Below, in pieces: positions 7,050-16,700 of a stretch of 64,000 nt of DNA. The notes below the pieces were generated by a model. The model ran no database searches. It was given only the letters and a program-made list of their open reading frames with translations, and was not told where the DNA came from. The stretch covers positions 544,001 to 608,000 of the forward strand of contig CAXXLX010000002.1 of assembly GCA_963665235.2 (NCBI GenBank), given 5' to 3'. This DNA comes from Candidatus Poribacteria bacterium. GTDB lineage: Bacteria > Poribacteria > WGA-4E > WGA-3G. A program made the position numbers and the translations under genes. The number at the start of each line of letters is the position of its first letter. Within the stretch, counting starts at the first letter, position 1.

Positions 7050-9440
7050 TTACCACCGCAACGTTCCTTGCCATGCAGATTTGAGCACATCAATGGAGGT
7101 TTCCACAATATGCTCCCCGTTAGTTCCCGTGACAATAAATGCTGTGTCCGCTATGACAGTCCCGATGTGTGCTGTTGGCACATCTGCCATGCAGGTTTTG
7201 TAGGTTGCCTCATGCTGCGGTTCAACCTCTACGATAAAACGGCTAGTGGACTCCGAAAACAGCAGCACATCATCAGTTATCGTACTGGTATCCCCTGTGG
7301 GGATAGGTTCGAGATTTAGGTGCATGCCGTATCCGCCAGCAAATGCCATCTCCGCAGCAGCAACAGCAATGCCCCCTTCCGAGCAGTCATGACATGAACG
7401 GACGACACCGTTCTGGATAGCCGTACTGAGCCGTTCCATCGTCAGTTTGCCTTCAGGCGGACGGACGACAGGCGCGTCGTTACCGATAAAACCTTGAATG
7501 CCGTAGTAATGCGAACCGCCAAGTTCCGCGTAGGTGTTCCCGACAACATAGATGGCATTGCCGGGAGTTTTCACATCCATCGTAACAGCTCGGTTAACAT
7601 CGGGCATAACACAAATTGCCGATATGAGCAGTGTGGCAGGGATAGCGCGCTGCTCGCCGGTTGTCGTATCCCGGTATTCGTTGTAGAGGCTATCCTTGCC
7701 AGAGATGAAAGGGGTGCCGTAGGCGGTTGCGATGTCGTAACATGCTTTCGCTGCCCGAACTAGCTCACCGAGCCGGTCTGGTTTGTCAGGATTTCCCCAA
7801 CAGAAGTTGTCGAGCAGTGCCGTGTATTCAAGCGTTCCCCCGACAGCGATGACGTTGCGTAAAGCCTCGTCTATTGCTGCAGCAGCACTGTGATATGGGT
7901 CGATGTCGCTATATTTCGGGTTAATGCCGTTCGCAACGATAACCCCTTGCCGACTGCCCAAAACGGGTGTAGTGACGCAAGCGTCGCTCGGACCGTCATT
8001 TTCAACCCCGACGAGCGGTTTGATAACAATACCCCCCTGCACCTCGTGGTCATACTGGCGGATAACCGATTCCTTGCTCGCTATGTTCGGACTGGCGAGC
8101 AGGTGACACAAGGTTTCTGTCCGTTGTGCTAGGGAGCTCGTTTCTATATTCGGTTCAGGGTGGTGTGGCGGTTGCCAAACAGCTTCTTTGACAGGCTGTG
8201 GTAACCCGTTGTGCAAAAATTCCATATCCAAATCGCCAACGAGTTCACCTTCGTAGAAGACCTGCAATTTATGTGTGTCTGTGAAGGTGCCGAGGACTGT
8301 GGCTTCAACCATTTCGGACTCACAAATTGCTATCAGTTCGTCAATGTTTTCGGGTGGCACTGCGACTACCATCCGTTCCTGTGCTTCGGAGAGCCAAATT
8401 TCCCACGGTGCAAGCCCCTCGTATTTGAGGGAGACCCGTTCAAGGTGGACCTCCGCGCCTATCTCTTCCCCCATTTCACCGACAGCGGACGAAAACCCGC
8501 CTGCCCCACAATCGGTGATGGTGCGGTAAAGGTTACGGTCACGTGCCTGTATCAGTGCATCGACTATCTTCTTCTCCATAATTGGGTTGCCGATTTGGAC
8601 AACACTGCCGAGGCTTTCAGAGGTGTCGTCCAATTCTGCTGATGAGAAGGTCGCGCCGTGAATACCATCACGTCCCGTTTGCCCCCCGATAGAGACAATC
8701 AGGTCACCGGGTTCAACAGATTTATCGCATCTATTTCGGGGAATTAAGCCGACGTTTCCGCAGAACACAAGCGGATTGGCGGTGTACCGTTCATCAAATA
8801 GGATTGCCCCGTTAGCGGTGGGAATTCCCATGCGGTTACCGTAATCGCGTACCCCCGCGACAACGCCTTTGAAAACGCGTTTCGGATGGAGTGTGCCTTT
8901 GGGCAGCTTCGTGTAGGGTGTATCGAGCAGTCCGAAACAGAACACATCTGTATTCAGAATCGGTTTCGCGCCGAGCCCGGTGCCGAGCGAATCCCGAATC
9001 ACGCCGCCGATGCCGGTCCCCGCACCGCCATAAGGCTCAATTGCCGAGGGGTGGTTGTGCGTTTCCACTTTGAAAACGAGGTTGTACGTGTCATCAAATT
9101 CAATAATACCGGCGTTGTCTGAGAAGACAGAGACACACCACGTTTTGTCTATCTCCTGCGTTGTACGCTGAATGAAGGTTGGGAACAATCCATCAATCTG
9201 TTCCGGCTCTTTCCCCGGTTCGGAGTAGCGGATGATACTTTTAAAGGTCTTGTGGACGCAATGTTCCGACCAGGTTTGGGCGATGGTTTCAAGTTCCACA
9301 TCGGTTGGGTCACGTCCTAAACCGCGAAAGTGCGCCTGAATTGCCAGCATTTCGGTGAGGTTAAGGGATAACGTGCCTTCTCGGCTAATCCGCATCAGTT
9401 CGGTATCGTCGGCGGTTAGGATGTTAAATCTTTGAATCAT
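7050..9440 (-). CDS. purL: Phosphoribosylformylglycinamidine synthase subunit PurL
   Basis: QTWSEHC.HK, KVETHNHPS, GRDGIHGA, DCGAGG, SEAQERM, SGKDS. Confidence 0.97.
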   Translation of the reverse strand: MIQRFNILTADDTELMRISREGTLSLNLTEMLAIQAHFRGLGRDPTDVELETIAQTWSEHCVHKTFKSIIRYSEPGKEPEQIDGLFPTFIQRTTQEIDKTWCVSVFSDNAGIIEFDDTYNLVFKVETHNHPSAIEPYGGAGTGIGGVIRDSLGTGLGAKPILNTDVFCFGLLDTPYTKLPKGTLHPKRVFKGVVAGVRDYGNRMGIPTANGAILFDERYTANPLVFCGNVGLIPRNRCDKSVEPGDLIVSIGGQTGRDGIHGATFSSAELDDTSESLGSVVQIGNPIMEKKIVDALIQARDRNLYRTITDCGAGGFSSAVGEMGEEIGAEVHLERVSLKYEGLAPWEIWLSEAQERMVVAVPPENIDELIAICESEMVEATVLGTFTDTHKLQVFYEGELVGDLDMEFLHNGLPQPVKEAVWQPPHHPEPNIETSSLAQRTETLCHLLASPNIASKESVIRQYDHEVQGGIVIKPLVGVENDGPSDACVTTPVLGSRQGVIVANGINPKYSDIDPYHSAAAAIDEALRNVIAVGGTLEYTALLDNFCWGNPDKPDRLGELVRAAKACYDIATAYGTPFISGKDSLYNEYRDTTTGEQRAIPATLLISAICVMPDVNRAVTMDVKTPGNAIYVVGNTYAELGGSHYYGIQGFIGNDAPVVRPPEGKLTMERLSTAIQNGVVRSCHDCSEGGIAVAAAEMAFAGGYGMHLNLEPIPTGDTSTITDDVLLFSESTSRFIVEVEPQHEATYKTCMADVPTAHIGTVIADTAFIVTGTNGEHIVETSIDVLKSAWQGTLRW

Positions 9441-9515
9441 GGCACCTCCGCTCGCCTGTGCTGATGTTGCAGGCGGGTTTGTGATGAATTTAACTTATGT
9501 TGTGATCGCTAACAG

Positions 9516-10352
9516 TTATTCCGAACTGCTGTCCTGTTTGAACGAGGCTGTCACCCGTGGAATGCTCTCCTCACAGGCAAACCGCTCAATACTAGAGGCA
9601 CCGACAAAACCGACTGTATCTGTCTGCTCGTTGATAAACGTTGCTTCGGGGGCTTTTGAGATAGGCCCGCCGTGCGCTAGACAGATAACCTCCGGGTTGT
9701 ATGCTTTTGCTGCGTCACAAATCTCTTGCACTCGCACGGCTGCATCTTCAAGCGTGAACGCTGTTTCCGCGCCAATCGTGCCGCCGATTGTCGTGCCCAT
9801 GTGCGCAATGATAACGTCCGCACCAGCCTTCGCCATGTTTTCCGCCTCTTCGGGATTGAAGACATACACAATCGTAAAAAGATCCATCTCATGTGCGATG
9901 GCAATCGTCTCTACCTCTTTGTAGAAACCCATGCCTGTCTCTTCAAGCGTTATGCGGAAAGTGCCATCGATGACACCGACAGTCGGAAAATTATTGACAC
10001 CGTCGAAGCCAACATCACGCACCTGTTTGAGAAAATTGCTCATCCGGCGCGTTGGGTCTGTGCCGTTGACACCTGCAATAACGGGGGTCTTTTTCACAAC
10101 GGGGAGCACTTCGCGTTCTCCCATCTCCATAACGATAGCGTTCGCATCACCGTAAGCCAAAAGCCCGGCACAAGAGCCGAACCCGGACATCCGGTATCGA
10201 CCGGAGTTATAAATCACAATTAGGTCGGCACCCCCCTGTTCGGCAAATTTGGCGGTGATGCCGGTCCCCGCACCGACAGCTAACAGCGGTTTGCCGCTAT
10301 CTAATTCCTGTCTCAAGCGTCCTAAAACGTGTTCTCGTGTATAATCTGGCAT
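9516..10352 (-). CDS. Phosphoenolpyruvate hydrolase-like TIM-barrel protein
   Basis: GAGTGITAK, IYNSGRYRM, NNFPTVG, HGGPI, GFVGASS.ER. RBS precedes MPDY at 10352. Confidence 0.88.
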   Translation of the reverse strand: MPDYTREHVLGRLRQELDSGKPLLAVGAGTGITAKFAEQGGADLIVIYNSGRYRMSGFGSCAGLLAYGDANAIVMEMGEREVLPVVKKTPVIAGVNGTDPTRRMSNFLKQVRDVGFDGVNNFPTVGVIDGTFRITLEETGMGFYKEVETIAIAHEMDLFTIVYVFNPEEAENMAKAGADVIIAHMGTTIGGTIGAETAFTLEDAAVRVQEICDAAKAYNPEVICLAHGGPISKAPEATFINEQTDTVGFVGASSIERFACEESIPRVTASFKQDSSSE

Positions 10353-10391
10353 TTGCTTCTCCTTTGCGGCCGGTAATATACCGCTACACAT

Positions 10392-11786
10392 CTATTCGTC
10401 TTTCGATTTTGCTTGTAGACGTGCCGCTTCGCCCGGGTTTCCGATATGCATCGTGTTATAAGCCTGGTCAGAGCTCTTGAAGGGGCCGACACCTTTGTGT
10501 CCGTGCCAATCGCCTTGATTCATAATCGGGTTCGGCAACCCTGTCTCCTTTTCACGCTGTAGAATGTAGTCTTTCATACGCGTCTCAAGCATATTGACAA
10601 TGTCCGGATGCTTATCGACCACATTGTCGTTTTCGTCCGGGTCTTGGATAAGGTTATACAGTTCGACAGGCGGTTTGTAATGGAAATCCGGTTCAAGGGC
10701 GACGATGAGCTTCCATTCAGGTGTACGCCAGCCGTGTTTCCGCATCCACGTGCATTCGGTGATATAGAATTCGCTATCGTAGGAGGCGATTTCACCGGAC
10801 ATCAACGGAAGTAGACTATCCCCATCAAATTCGATGTCGGTTTCAATGCCCGCCAATTCCAAAAGCGTCGGCACGAGGTCTTTGTGCTGGTTATATCCTG
10901 CCACACGTTTCCGTGCTGGCACTCGCCCCGGATAGCGGATGATAAGCGGGACATGTAAAGTGACATCGTAGAGCCCATGATGGTCGAACCAGCATTCGTG
11001 GTCGTAAAGCGTTTCACCGTGGTCACCGTTGATAACGACAATCGTTTCATCCAAGACACCGCGGGTCTCTAGAACATTAAAGAGTGTCTGAATACAAGCA
11101 TCCATATAAGCAATTGCGCCATCGTATTGCGCGATGACGTAGTCCTTATCGGTAATTCCGACCGGCATCCACGAGGCGAAGTAGTCGCAGAAAGGTTTGA
11201 ACTCCATTACCGGTTCCATGGAGGAATTGTTGGGGTCGCATTCGTTGCCGTGATAGAACATCCGCTCGTAAGGTTCAGGTGGCAAATAGGGGGAGTGCGG
11301 GTCCATGTGGCGCAGGAATAGGAAAAACGGTTTATCGCTGCTCTGGTCAATCAACCGGTTCATTTCGGGGACAGCCGTTTTGTTGAGATTTTGCGCTTTA
11401 GGGCTCCGGCCGGTTTCATCTGGCCCCCATCCGGCGAATTCGAGATAGGTATCAAACCCGCGGGAGCTCGGGTTATTAAATCCGATGCAGGTGGTATCGT
11501 ATCCTGCGTCGCGCAGGATTTCGGGTAACGTTCTGATTTCTTCACGGAGCGGCCCTTTGTGTCGCAGTGCAACAACTTGGGTGCTGAACGTGTCCATCCC
11601 TGTGAGCATAGAGGCGTACGCGCTCGTCGTTGGGATATGGGCACTATAGGTCTTCTCAAAAAGGGTGCCCCCTTCTGCGAATTTGTCTATGTAGGGTGTC
11701 GTCAGTCGGTGATACCCGTAGCAACTCATGTGTGTGGCGAGGAGGGAGTCAACGCCCATCAACACGATATTTGGATGTTTTGCCAT
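10392..11786 (-). CDS. Sulfatase-like hydrolase (alkaline phosphatase superfamily) with a non-canonical nucleophile motif
   Basis: PNIVLMGVDSL, ASMLTG, DPHSPY, GDHGE, DHHGLY, ELYNL..DP.E. Confidence 0.88.
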   Translation of the reverse strand: MAKHPNIVLMGVDSLLATHMSCYGYHRLTTPYIDKFAEGGTLFEKTYSAHIPTTSAYASMLTGMDTFSTQVVALRHKGPLREEIRTLPEILRDAGYDTTCIGFNNPSSRGFDTYLEFAGWGPDETGRSPKAQNLNKTAVPEMNRLIDQSSDKPFFLFLRHMDPHSPYLPPEPYERMFYHGNECDPNNSSMEPVMEFKPFCDYFASWMPVGITDKDYVIAQYDGAIAYMDACIQTLFNVLETRGVLDETIVVINGDHGETLYDHECWFDHHGLYDVTLHVPLIIRYPGRVPARKRVAGYNQHKDLVPTLLELAGIETDIEFDGDSLLPLMSGEIASYDSEFYITECTWMRKHGWRTPEWKLIVALEPDFHYKPPVELYNLIQDPDENDNVVDKHPDIVNMLETRMKDYILQREKETGLPNPIMNQGDWHGHKGVGPFKSSDQAYNTMHIGNPGEAARLQAKSKDE

Positions 11787-11804
11787 TTCTGATACTCCTT
11801 TATC

Positions 11805-12623
11805 TTATTGTGAATTTTCCCAATTTTTATGCCAAACGAGGGTGTTCTGGGTATCATTATCCAGCACATCCCCAATTTGTAACGAGTTAAAATAGGGTTC
11901 GGGCAGGATGTTTCGTTTACCGTTGAAGGTGCATCCATCTGGCATGAATCCACAGGTCATCGCTCGGCGGTGTGCAAATGTCATGTTCGCTCCTGCGCCG
12001 TGTGCTGTTAATCCGTTATGCCAGACCATGGAACCTGCTGGGCATGGTGCCGGGTATGGTTCAAGTTTTTTCCATTCCGGGTACACTGTGAACAGCGCGC
12101 CGATGTTTTCGCCTATACCGACGTTATCAAACCGTGCGGTTTTATGGGTGCCGGGCAGGTACCACATGCAACCGTTCCCGAGCGTTGCATCGTCCAAGGC
12201 AACCCAAAACGAAACAGCATCCCGCGAGTCAAATGACCAGTACGGTACATCGAGGTGCCATGCGGTAGGATTTCCGGATGGCGGTTTAATTAACGCTTGG
12301 TCGTGCCATATCCGCATCCCCTCAACGCCTGCCAATTGCGTAGCCATACGTCCGATTTTCCGGTTGTGTACCAATTTCCGCATACCGGGGTGTGTATCTG
12401 ACAAACGGAGGCATTGTGTAAAGACTCGCGCGTAGAAGTTAGATGGCTCCAGTTGGTTTGTCATAAGATCAACGGAGGTGCCAAGCCGTTCCGTGACAGC
12501 CTCATCAGTGCATCGTCGCCATTCTGCCAATTCGTTGGTATCCAGAAAGTTTTCAATGACAAGAAATCCGTTTTCCTGATAAAAATCGATTTGTTCTGTG
12601 GTGAGTTCGTGCCGCATCTCCAC
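11805..12623 (-). CDS. Phytanoyl-CoA dioxygenase (PhyH) family Fe/2OG oxygenase
   Basis: FYQENGFLV, WHLD, NGCMWYLPGTH, HGAG.N....RRA. Confidence 0.92.
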   Translation of the reverse strand: MEMRHELTTEQIDFYQENGFLVIENFLDTNELAEWRRCTDEAVTERLGTSVDLMTNQLEPSNFYARVFTQCLRLSDTHPGMRKLVHNRKIGRMATQLAGVEGMRIWHDQALIKPPSGNPTAWHLDVPYWSFDSRDAVSFWVALDDATLGNGCMWYLPGTHKTARFDNVGIGENIGALFTVYPEWKKLEPYPAPCPAGSMVWHNGLTAHGAGANMTFAHRRAMTCGFMPDGCTFNGKRNILPEPYFNSLQIGDVLDNDTQNTLVWHKNWENSQ

Positions 12624-12763
12624 GTTCTCCTTACTAATTCCTCGGGCAGCGGACTTTCAAAACGTCCGACCCGATGTCAATACATGATTATACTATTATC
12701 TTAACACATGAAACAGAAATTGGCAAGGAAAATTAAAAATGGGAGGGTTTAAAAAAGTAAGAC

Positions 12764-12793
12764 TTGAATTAAGGCTTAAAGGTGTGGTATAAT
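12764..12793 (+). promoter_or_regulatory. sigma70-type promoter
   Basis: TTGAAT-18 nt-TATAAT with TG extension. Confidence 0.55.
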
Positions 12794-12830
12794 TCTTTTA
12801 AATTAGAATTTGTAAAAGGAAGAGAATCAC

Positions 12831-13466
12831 GTGAATTGCGAAATGAGCGAAACGCGAATGCGAATCCTACAACTCCTGAAAATGCGTGCCCGTATGACCG
12901 TCAATCAACTAACAGAGGCGTTGCCTATCAGTGCGATGGGGGTCAGACAACACCTCGCTATTTTGGAGGAGGAGGGTTTGGTAGAACATTACCGAGAAAA
13001 GCAGGCGCGCGGCCGTCCGCATTATCTATACGGTTTAACAGAGGAAGCAAATAGCCTGTTTCCGACAACCTACGCGAACTTTGCAGTCGGTTTGCTGCAA
13101 GAGGCCGCAAAGCTCAACGGACCAGGCTTCATCAATAAAGTGTTTCGGGGACGCATGAAGTCGCAGCTTGAGGTATACGAACAGCGACTTCAGGGAGGCA
13201 CCTTGCAGGAACGCGTCAAAGAACTTGCAAGCATCCGAGACGAAGAGGGGTACATGGCACGTTTCGACGAAGACGATACCGACTATGTCTTAATTGAGCA
13301 TAACTGTCCAATTGTTGCTATTGCTGAGGAATATCCGCACGTATGCGAAATTGAATTAGCCCTCTTCCGGCAATCCTTAGGGACGAAGGTATATCGAGTG
13401 GAGCATCTCATGCAAGGCGATTATAAATGTTGCTACCGTATACCCAAAGGCTGCGAATGTGACTGA
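12831..13466 (+). CDS. SufR-like (ArsR/DeoR-type wHTH) Fe-S-sensing transcriptional regulator
   Basis: wHTH VRQHL..LEEEGLV..RGRP, EGYMA, EHNCP...CEIEL, C-terminal Cys. Likely start MSETR at 12843. Confidence 0.85.
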   Translation: MNCEMSETRMRILQLLKMRARMTVNQLTEALPISAMGVRQHLAILEEEGLVEHYREKQARGRPHYLYGLTEEANSLFPTTYANFAVGLLQEAAKLNGPGFINKVFRGRMKSQLEVYEQRLQGGTLQERVKELASIRDEEGYMARFDEDDTDYVLIEHNCPIVAIAEEYPHVCEIELALFRQSLGTKVYRVEHLMQGDYKCCYRIPKGCECD

Positions 13467-14170
13467 CATACTCCCAAAGCTAAAGCATTGGGGTTCTTTT
13501 GCTCCTTGTAGGAACATTCCCTGCTCAGGCAGGGCAACTTCGGACTTCAAGGCGAAATCCGAGGGGCGGTGTCATTTTCATGGTTTTGTTGCCCATGTCC
13601 GCCGCTACGGGGACACCGAAGTGTCCCAGATACTTTTTTCGAATGTTGATAGCACCGACACCATCTCGGTGATACTTGAATCCACAAGAGCAGGTATAGT
13701 TTCGGTTGTTAGGTTTCTTTCGGTTGCCACAGTTTGGGCAAGTTTGTGAGGTGTAAGCCTCGTTAATCAGTTCAACTTTGATACCCAGTGATTTTGCTTT
13801 GTAGGTAATCAACTCGGTCACCTTACCGAAAGGCCATTGGTGAAGTTTCTGGTTGGCACGTTTACCATAGTCAATATTGTCTCGAATGCCTATAAGGTCG
13901 CCTATGACAATCGTGCCTATACCTGACTTAGAGCAGTGTTTGACAAACCGCGTCGTGTGTTTGTGGAGTGCATCCTTGATTTGATTGTCAATTTTTCGGA
14001 TACGCTTCCACTTTCTACGCACCAAGTACCACCAGCGTGGGGAGTGGCGTTTACACCTATCAATCTTGGCATTCATGGAGGCAATCACCTTGTTTCTCAA
14101 TCGGTATAAGCTTCGGATATACCGCCCATTGAAAATCAGTGTGTGTTGCCCGTCATAGCTGATAAAATTC
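13464..14170 (-). mobile_element. tnpB: 5'-truncated IS200/IS605 element: tnpB fragment plus right end
   Basis: DALHK.T, IVIGDL, NQKLHQW, NEAYTSQTCPNCG, CSCG, HRDGVGAINI. Right-end hairpin GAACCCCAATGCTTTAGCTTTGGGAGTATGTCA. The N-terminal half, including RuvC-I, is absent. Confidence 0.88.
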
Positions 14171-14216
14171 CGGTTTAGTAGGTGTAACAGCACAAAATCA
14201 CAGAGGAAATTATCAG

Positions 14217-14801
14217 ATGTCTGACGAACAGGGACGCCGCGACTTTTTCAAGGAGGCTTTAAGCCAACTTATGAAACCTGTCGCTGAATTTCTAGATGAA
14301 CAGCGTGGGGACCGGCTGCCGGTTGATGACCCGAATCGCGTAATTTTGCGTCCTCCGGGGGCGTTGCCTGAGGCCGAGTTTCTAGAGACCTGTCTTCGGT
14401 GTGGCAACTGTGTTAAGAATTGTCCAGCAAGTGCGATACAGCCGCTACAAAATCGAGACCCAAATCTCGCTAATACGCCTTACATAGACCCCGAGGAACA
14501 ACCTTGTGTGATTTGCGAGTCATTGGCTTGTATGTACGTTTGCCCTAGCGGTGCGTTACAAATCGTCTATGCTGAAGATATCAGAATAGGCCGTGCTGTT
14601 TTCAACGCTGAAACCTGCCTCCGCACGAAAGGGGTCGCTTGTACCTATTGTGTTGACACATGTCCTATTGGGGAGGAAGCGATTCATCTAACAGCGGCGG
14701 GTGTTGTAGAGGTGCTCGATTCGGGCTGCACGGGGTGCGGGGTTTGTCAGTATGCATGTCCGACAGAGCCTAAATCGATAGTGATTGAAGCGATTCGGTA
14801 G
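14217..14801 (+). CDS. NapG/MauM-type 4Fe-4S ferredoxin
   Basis: RRDFF, LRPPGA, CLRCGNC...CP and several further CxxCxxC-type clusters. Confidence 0.9.
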   Translation: MSDEQGRRDFFKEALSQLMKPVAEFLDEQRGDRLPVDDPNRVILRPPGALPEAEFLETCLRCGNCVKNCPASAIQPLQNRDPNLANTPYIDPEEQPCVICESLACMYVCPSGALQIVYAEDIRIGRAVFNAETCLRTKGVACTYCVDTCPIGEEAIHLTAAGVVEVLDSGCTGCGVCQYACPTEPKSIVIEAIR

Positions 14802-15417
14802 CATGAAATTTATTTTTTGCTGGGGCAATGCGGCAAAAGTCGCTGGGCTCCTATTCAGTGTCCCGCTTTTTTGGAATGGGCAGCTTTATGCACAAGCCCC
14901 CGATGCCGGTGTGCAGGCCCTTCGCGACATCAAGCCGCCCCTGGAGGTATCGTTAAACCTGCTTCCTTATATTGTGGTTGGCAGTGTCGTTGTCGCCTGC
15001 ATGGCAGCTTTGGGGTGGGTCTATCTGCGAAGACGTTGGCAAACCGTAGTGTCATCGGCACCGCGGGCAGCAGAGCTTGTGCTGCGGCCGCCTCACGAAA
15101 TTGCAATTGAACAGCTGGAGGCACTTGAAGCAGCAGACTGCAACATGGCGGTGTATCATACGCAAATTGCTTATGTCATTCGTGAGTATATTGCGGCACG
15201 TTACCGAATTCCTGCCCTGGAATTGACAACGACAAGGTTGCTCGAGCAGATGGCACGCGAGCGGATAGGGGGCCTTTATATTGAACATCTCCGACATTTT
15301 CTTGGGAGCTGTGATAGGGTTAAGTTCGCAACGTACCGTCCGGAGGTGTCCGAAGCAGCGACGCGAATGGCAGATGCCTTGTGGTTTGTAGATGTGACAA
15401 AGGCTCCTTTGGCATAG
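14785..15417 (+). CDS. Membrane-anchored BatD/DUF4381-like protein
   Basis: LRDIKPP plus TM segment, PPHEIA...L, IREYI, ALELTT, D.VKFA. Confidence 0.7.
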   Translation: MKRFGSMKFIFCWGNAAKVAGLLFSVPLFWNGQLYAQAPDAGVQALRDIKPPLEVSLNLLPYIVVGSVVVACMAALGWVYLRRRWQTVVSSAPRAAELVLRPPHEIAIEQLEALEAADCNMAVYHTQIAYVIREYIAARYRIPALELTTTRLLEQMARERIGGLYIEHLRHFLGSCDRVKFATYRPEVSEAATRMADALWFVDVTKAPLA

Positions 15418-15436
15418 AGGAGGCACGGCAGGCCTA

Positions 15437-15535
15437 TATCGCGTGCGAAGCACGCTCCTACAGAGAGAGGAAATCGCGTGCGAAGCACGCTCCTACAGAA
15501 GAGCGGGTCGCTTGCACAGCACGCTCCTACAGAGG
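15437..15535 (-). repeat. Three GTAG-REP copies (GTAGGAGCGTGC.x.GCACGCGA)
   Basis: Same unit as the 40282-40537 array. Confidence 0.8.
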
Positions 15536-15624
15536 AGAGGAAATATATACATCAAAATTTTCTTGGTGAGAAGGGGAGAAATTTGAAGGGGAATTATGGC
15601 AATAAAAAAAGTTGTGAAAAAAAC

Positions 15625-15653
15625 TTGACATATTTTGCAAACTTTGGTATTCT
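15625..15653 (+). promoter_or_regulatory. sigma70-type promoter for the partner-switch cluster
   Basis: TTGACA-17 nt-TATTCT. Confidence 0.6.
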
Positions 15654-15746
15654 AATTATTAAACGATGGAGGAATAGTAATTGCCGGGCTATCCCTTCAT
15701 AGAAATAATGTAGAATAAAATTTACTCAGTAAGGAGGAAAAGCAGC

Positions 15747-16181
15747 GTGGCAAATACGCTTTCCAAGCACCAAGTGCACCTGACCATACCGATGTATCCA
15801 GATATGGAGCTTATAGCCGCCAAGACGGTCTCTGTCTTCGCTGAATTGAATAATTTTGACGAGGGACAGGTCGAAGAAATTCAGTTGGCGGTTATTGAAT
15901 CTTGTATTAACGCATTTGAGCATAGTCAGAGTGAAGATAAGCAGGTTTTCATCGAATTCATTATGCGGACCGATGCGTTGGAATTCAAAATCACCGACCG
16001 TGGTGTCGGTTTCAATCCGGATAAGCCGCCGAAACGCTTAACCAGTGGGCCAGTGCTACATCCAGACATGCGGAAACGCGGGTGGGGCTTAGAAATTGTC
16101 AGAACGCTCATGGATGAAGTAGATATAGAAAGCGGGGCAGATGGAACGACCATTAGTGGTGTTAAAAAGAAAACGGATTAA
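15747..16181 (+). CDS. RsbW/SpoIIAB-like anti-sigma factor kinase
   Basis: ESCINAFEH (N box), DRGVGF (G1), RGWGL..V..LMDEV (G2), GT. Confidence 0.92.
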   Translation: MANTLSKHQVHLTIPMYPDMELIAAKTVSVFAELNNFDEGQVEEIQLAVIESCINAFEHSQSEDKQVFIEFIMRTDALEFKITDRGVGFNPDKPPKRLTSGPVLHPDMRKRGWGLEIVRTLMDEVDIESGADGTTISGVKKKTD

Positions 16182-16222
16182 CCCCCGCAACAGCCCAGTG
16201 TCAATGTGAAGGAGGTAAGGGT

Positions 16223-16567
16223 TTGTTAAACAAATTTGACATACAAATTCGTGCGGAGCAGGAGTATGCCGTACTTGAAACAGATGGTTACTTAAACGAC
16301 GCACTCGGAGAAGAGCTCTCAAAAAAAGCACAGGAACTCATTCAGGATGGATACACACAACTGGTAATCAATTTGGATAAAACGGCTTTGATTAACAGCA
16401 TCGGCATCTCTATTCTGATAGAAATCATTGAGGCACTTGATGAACGGGAAGGGACGTTGAACTTCTGCGGACTGTCCGCAACGCAGGAACGCACCTTCCG
16501 TATGATGGCAATATCGAAATACGCTGGCATTTTCCCGGATGAAGAAACCGCCATCGCTAATTTCTGA
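16223..16567 (+). CDS. RsbV/SpoIIAA-like STAS anti-anti-sigma factor
   Basis: 114 aa; INSIGI carries the Ser at the usual phospho-site. Confidence 0.9.
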   Translation: MLNKFDIQIRAEQEYAVLETDGYLNDALGEELSKKAQELIQDGYTQLVINLDKTALINSIGISILIEIIEALDEREGTLNFCGLSATQERTFRMMAISKYAGIFPDEETAIANF

Positions 16568-16569
16568 AT

Positions 16570-16675
16570 TAGCTATTGGCTATTGACTATTGGCAAGATG
16601 TTGTGATTATAGACAGGTTTTTGACACGCGTTAGACCCCTCTTGCTATAGGTTTCTGATGGTTTCCAATAGCTAT
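16570..16675. repeat. Dispersed intergenic repeat (TTGGCGATTAGC heptads plus GCAAGATGTTGTGATT...TTTTGACGCGCG...CTCTTGCTA core)
   Basis: Related copies near 25480-25635, 28090-28245, 38470-38545, 49245-49385, 55515-55625 and 63235-63455. Confidence 0.75.
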
Positions 16676-16700
16676 TTGAGAAAAAAAGGAGTAGGCACAC

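Noticed and set aside
9431-9470. About 30-nt similarity to 25440-25473 (TTTGAATCATGGC..C.GCTCGCCTG)
   Set aside because: Short, imperfect and only two copies; cannot be distinguished from chance.
13525-14193. Active TnpB or Cas12-like nuclease
   Set aside because: The N-terminal half, including the RuvC-I Asp, is missing, and there is no CRISPR array nearby.
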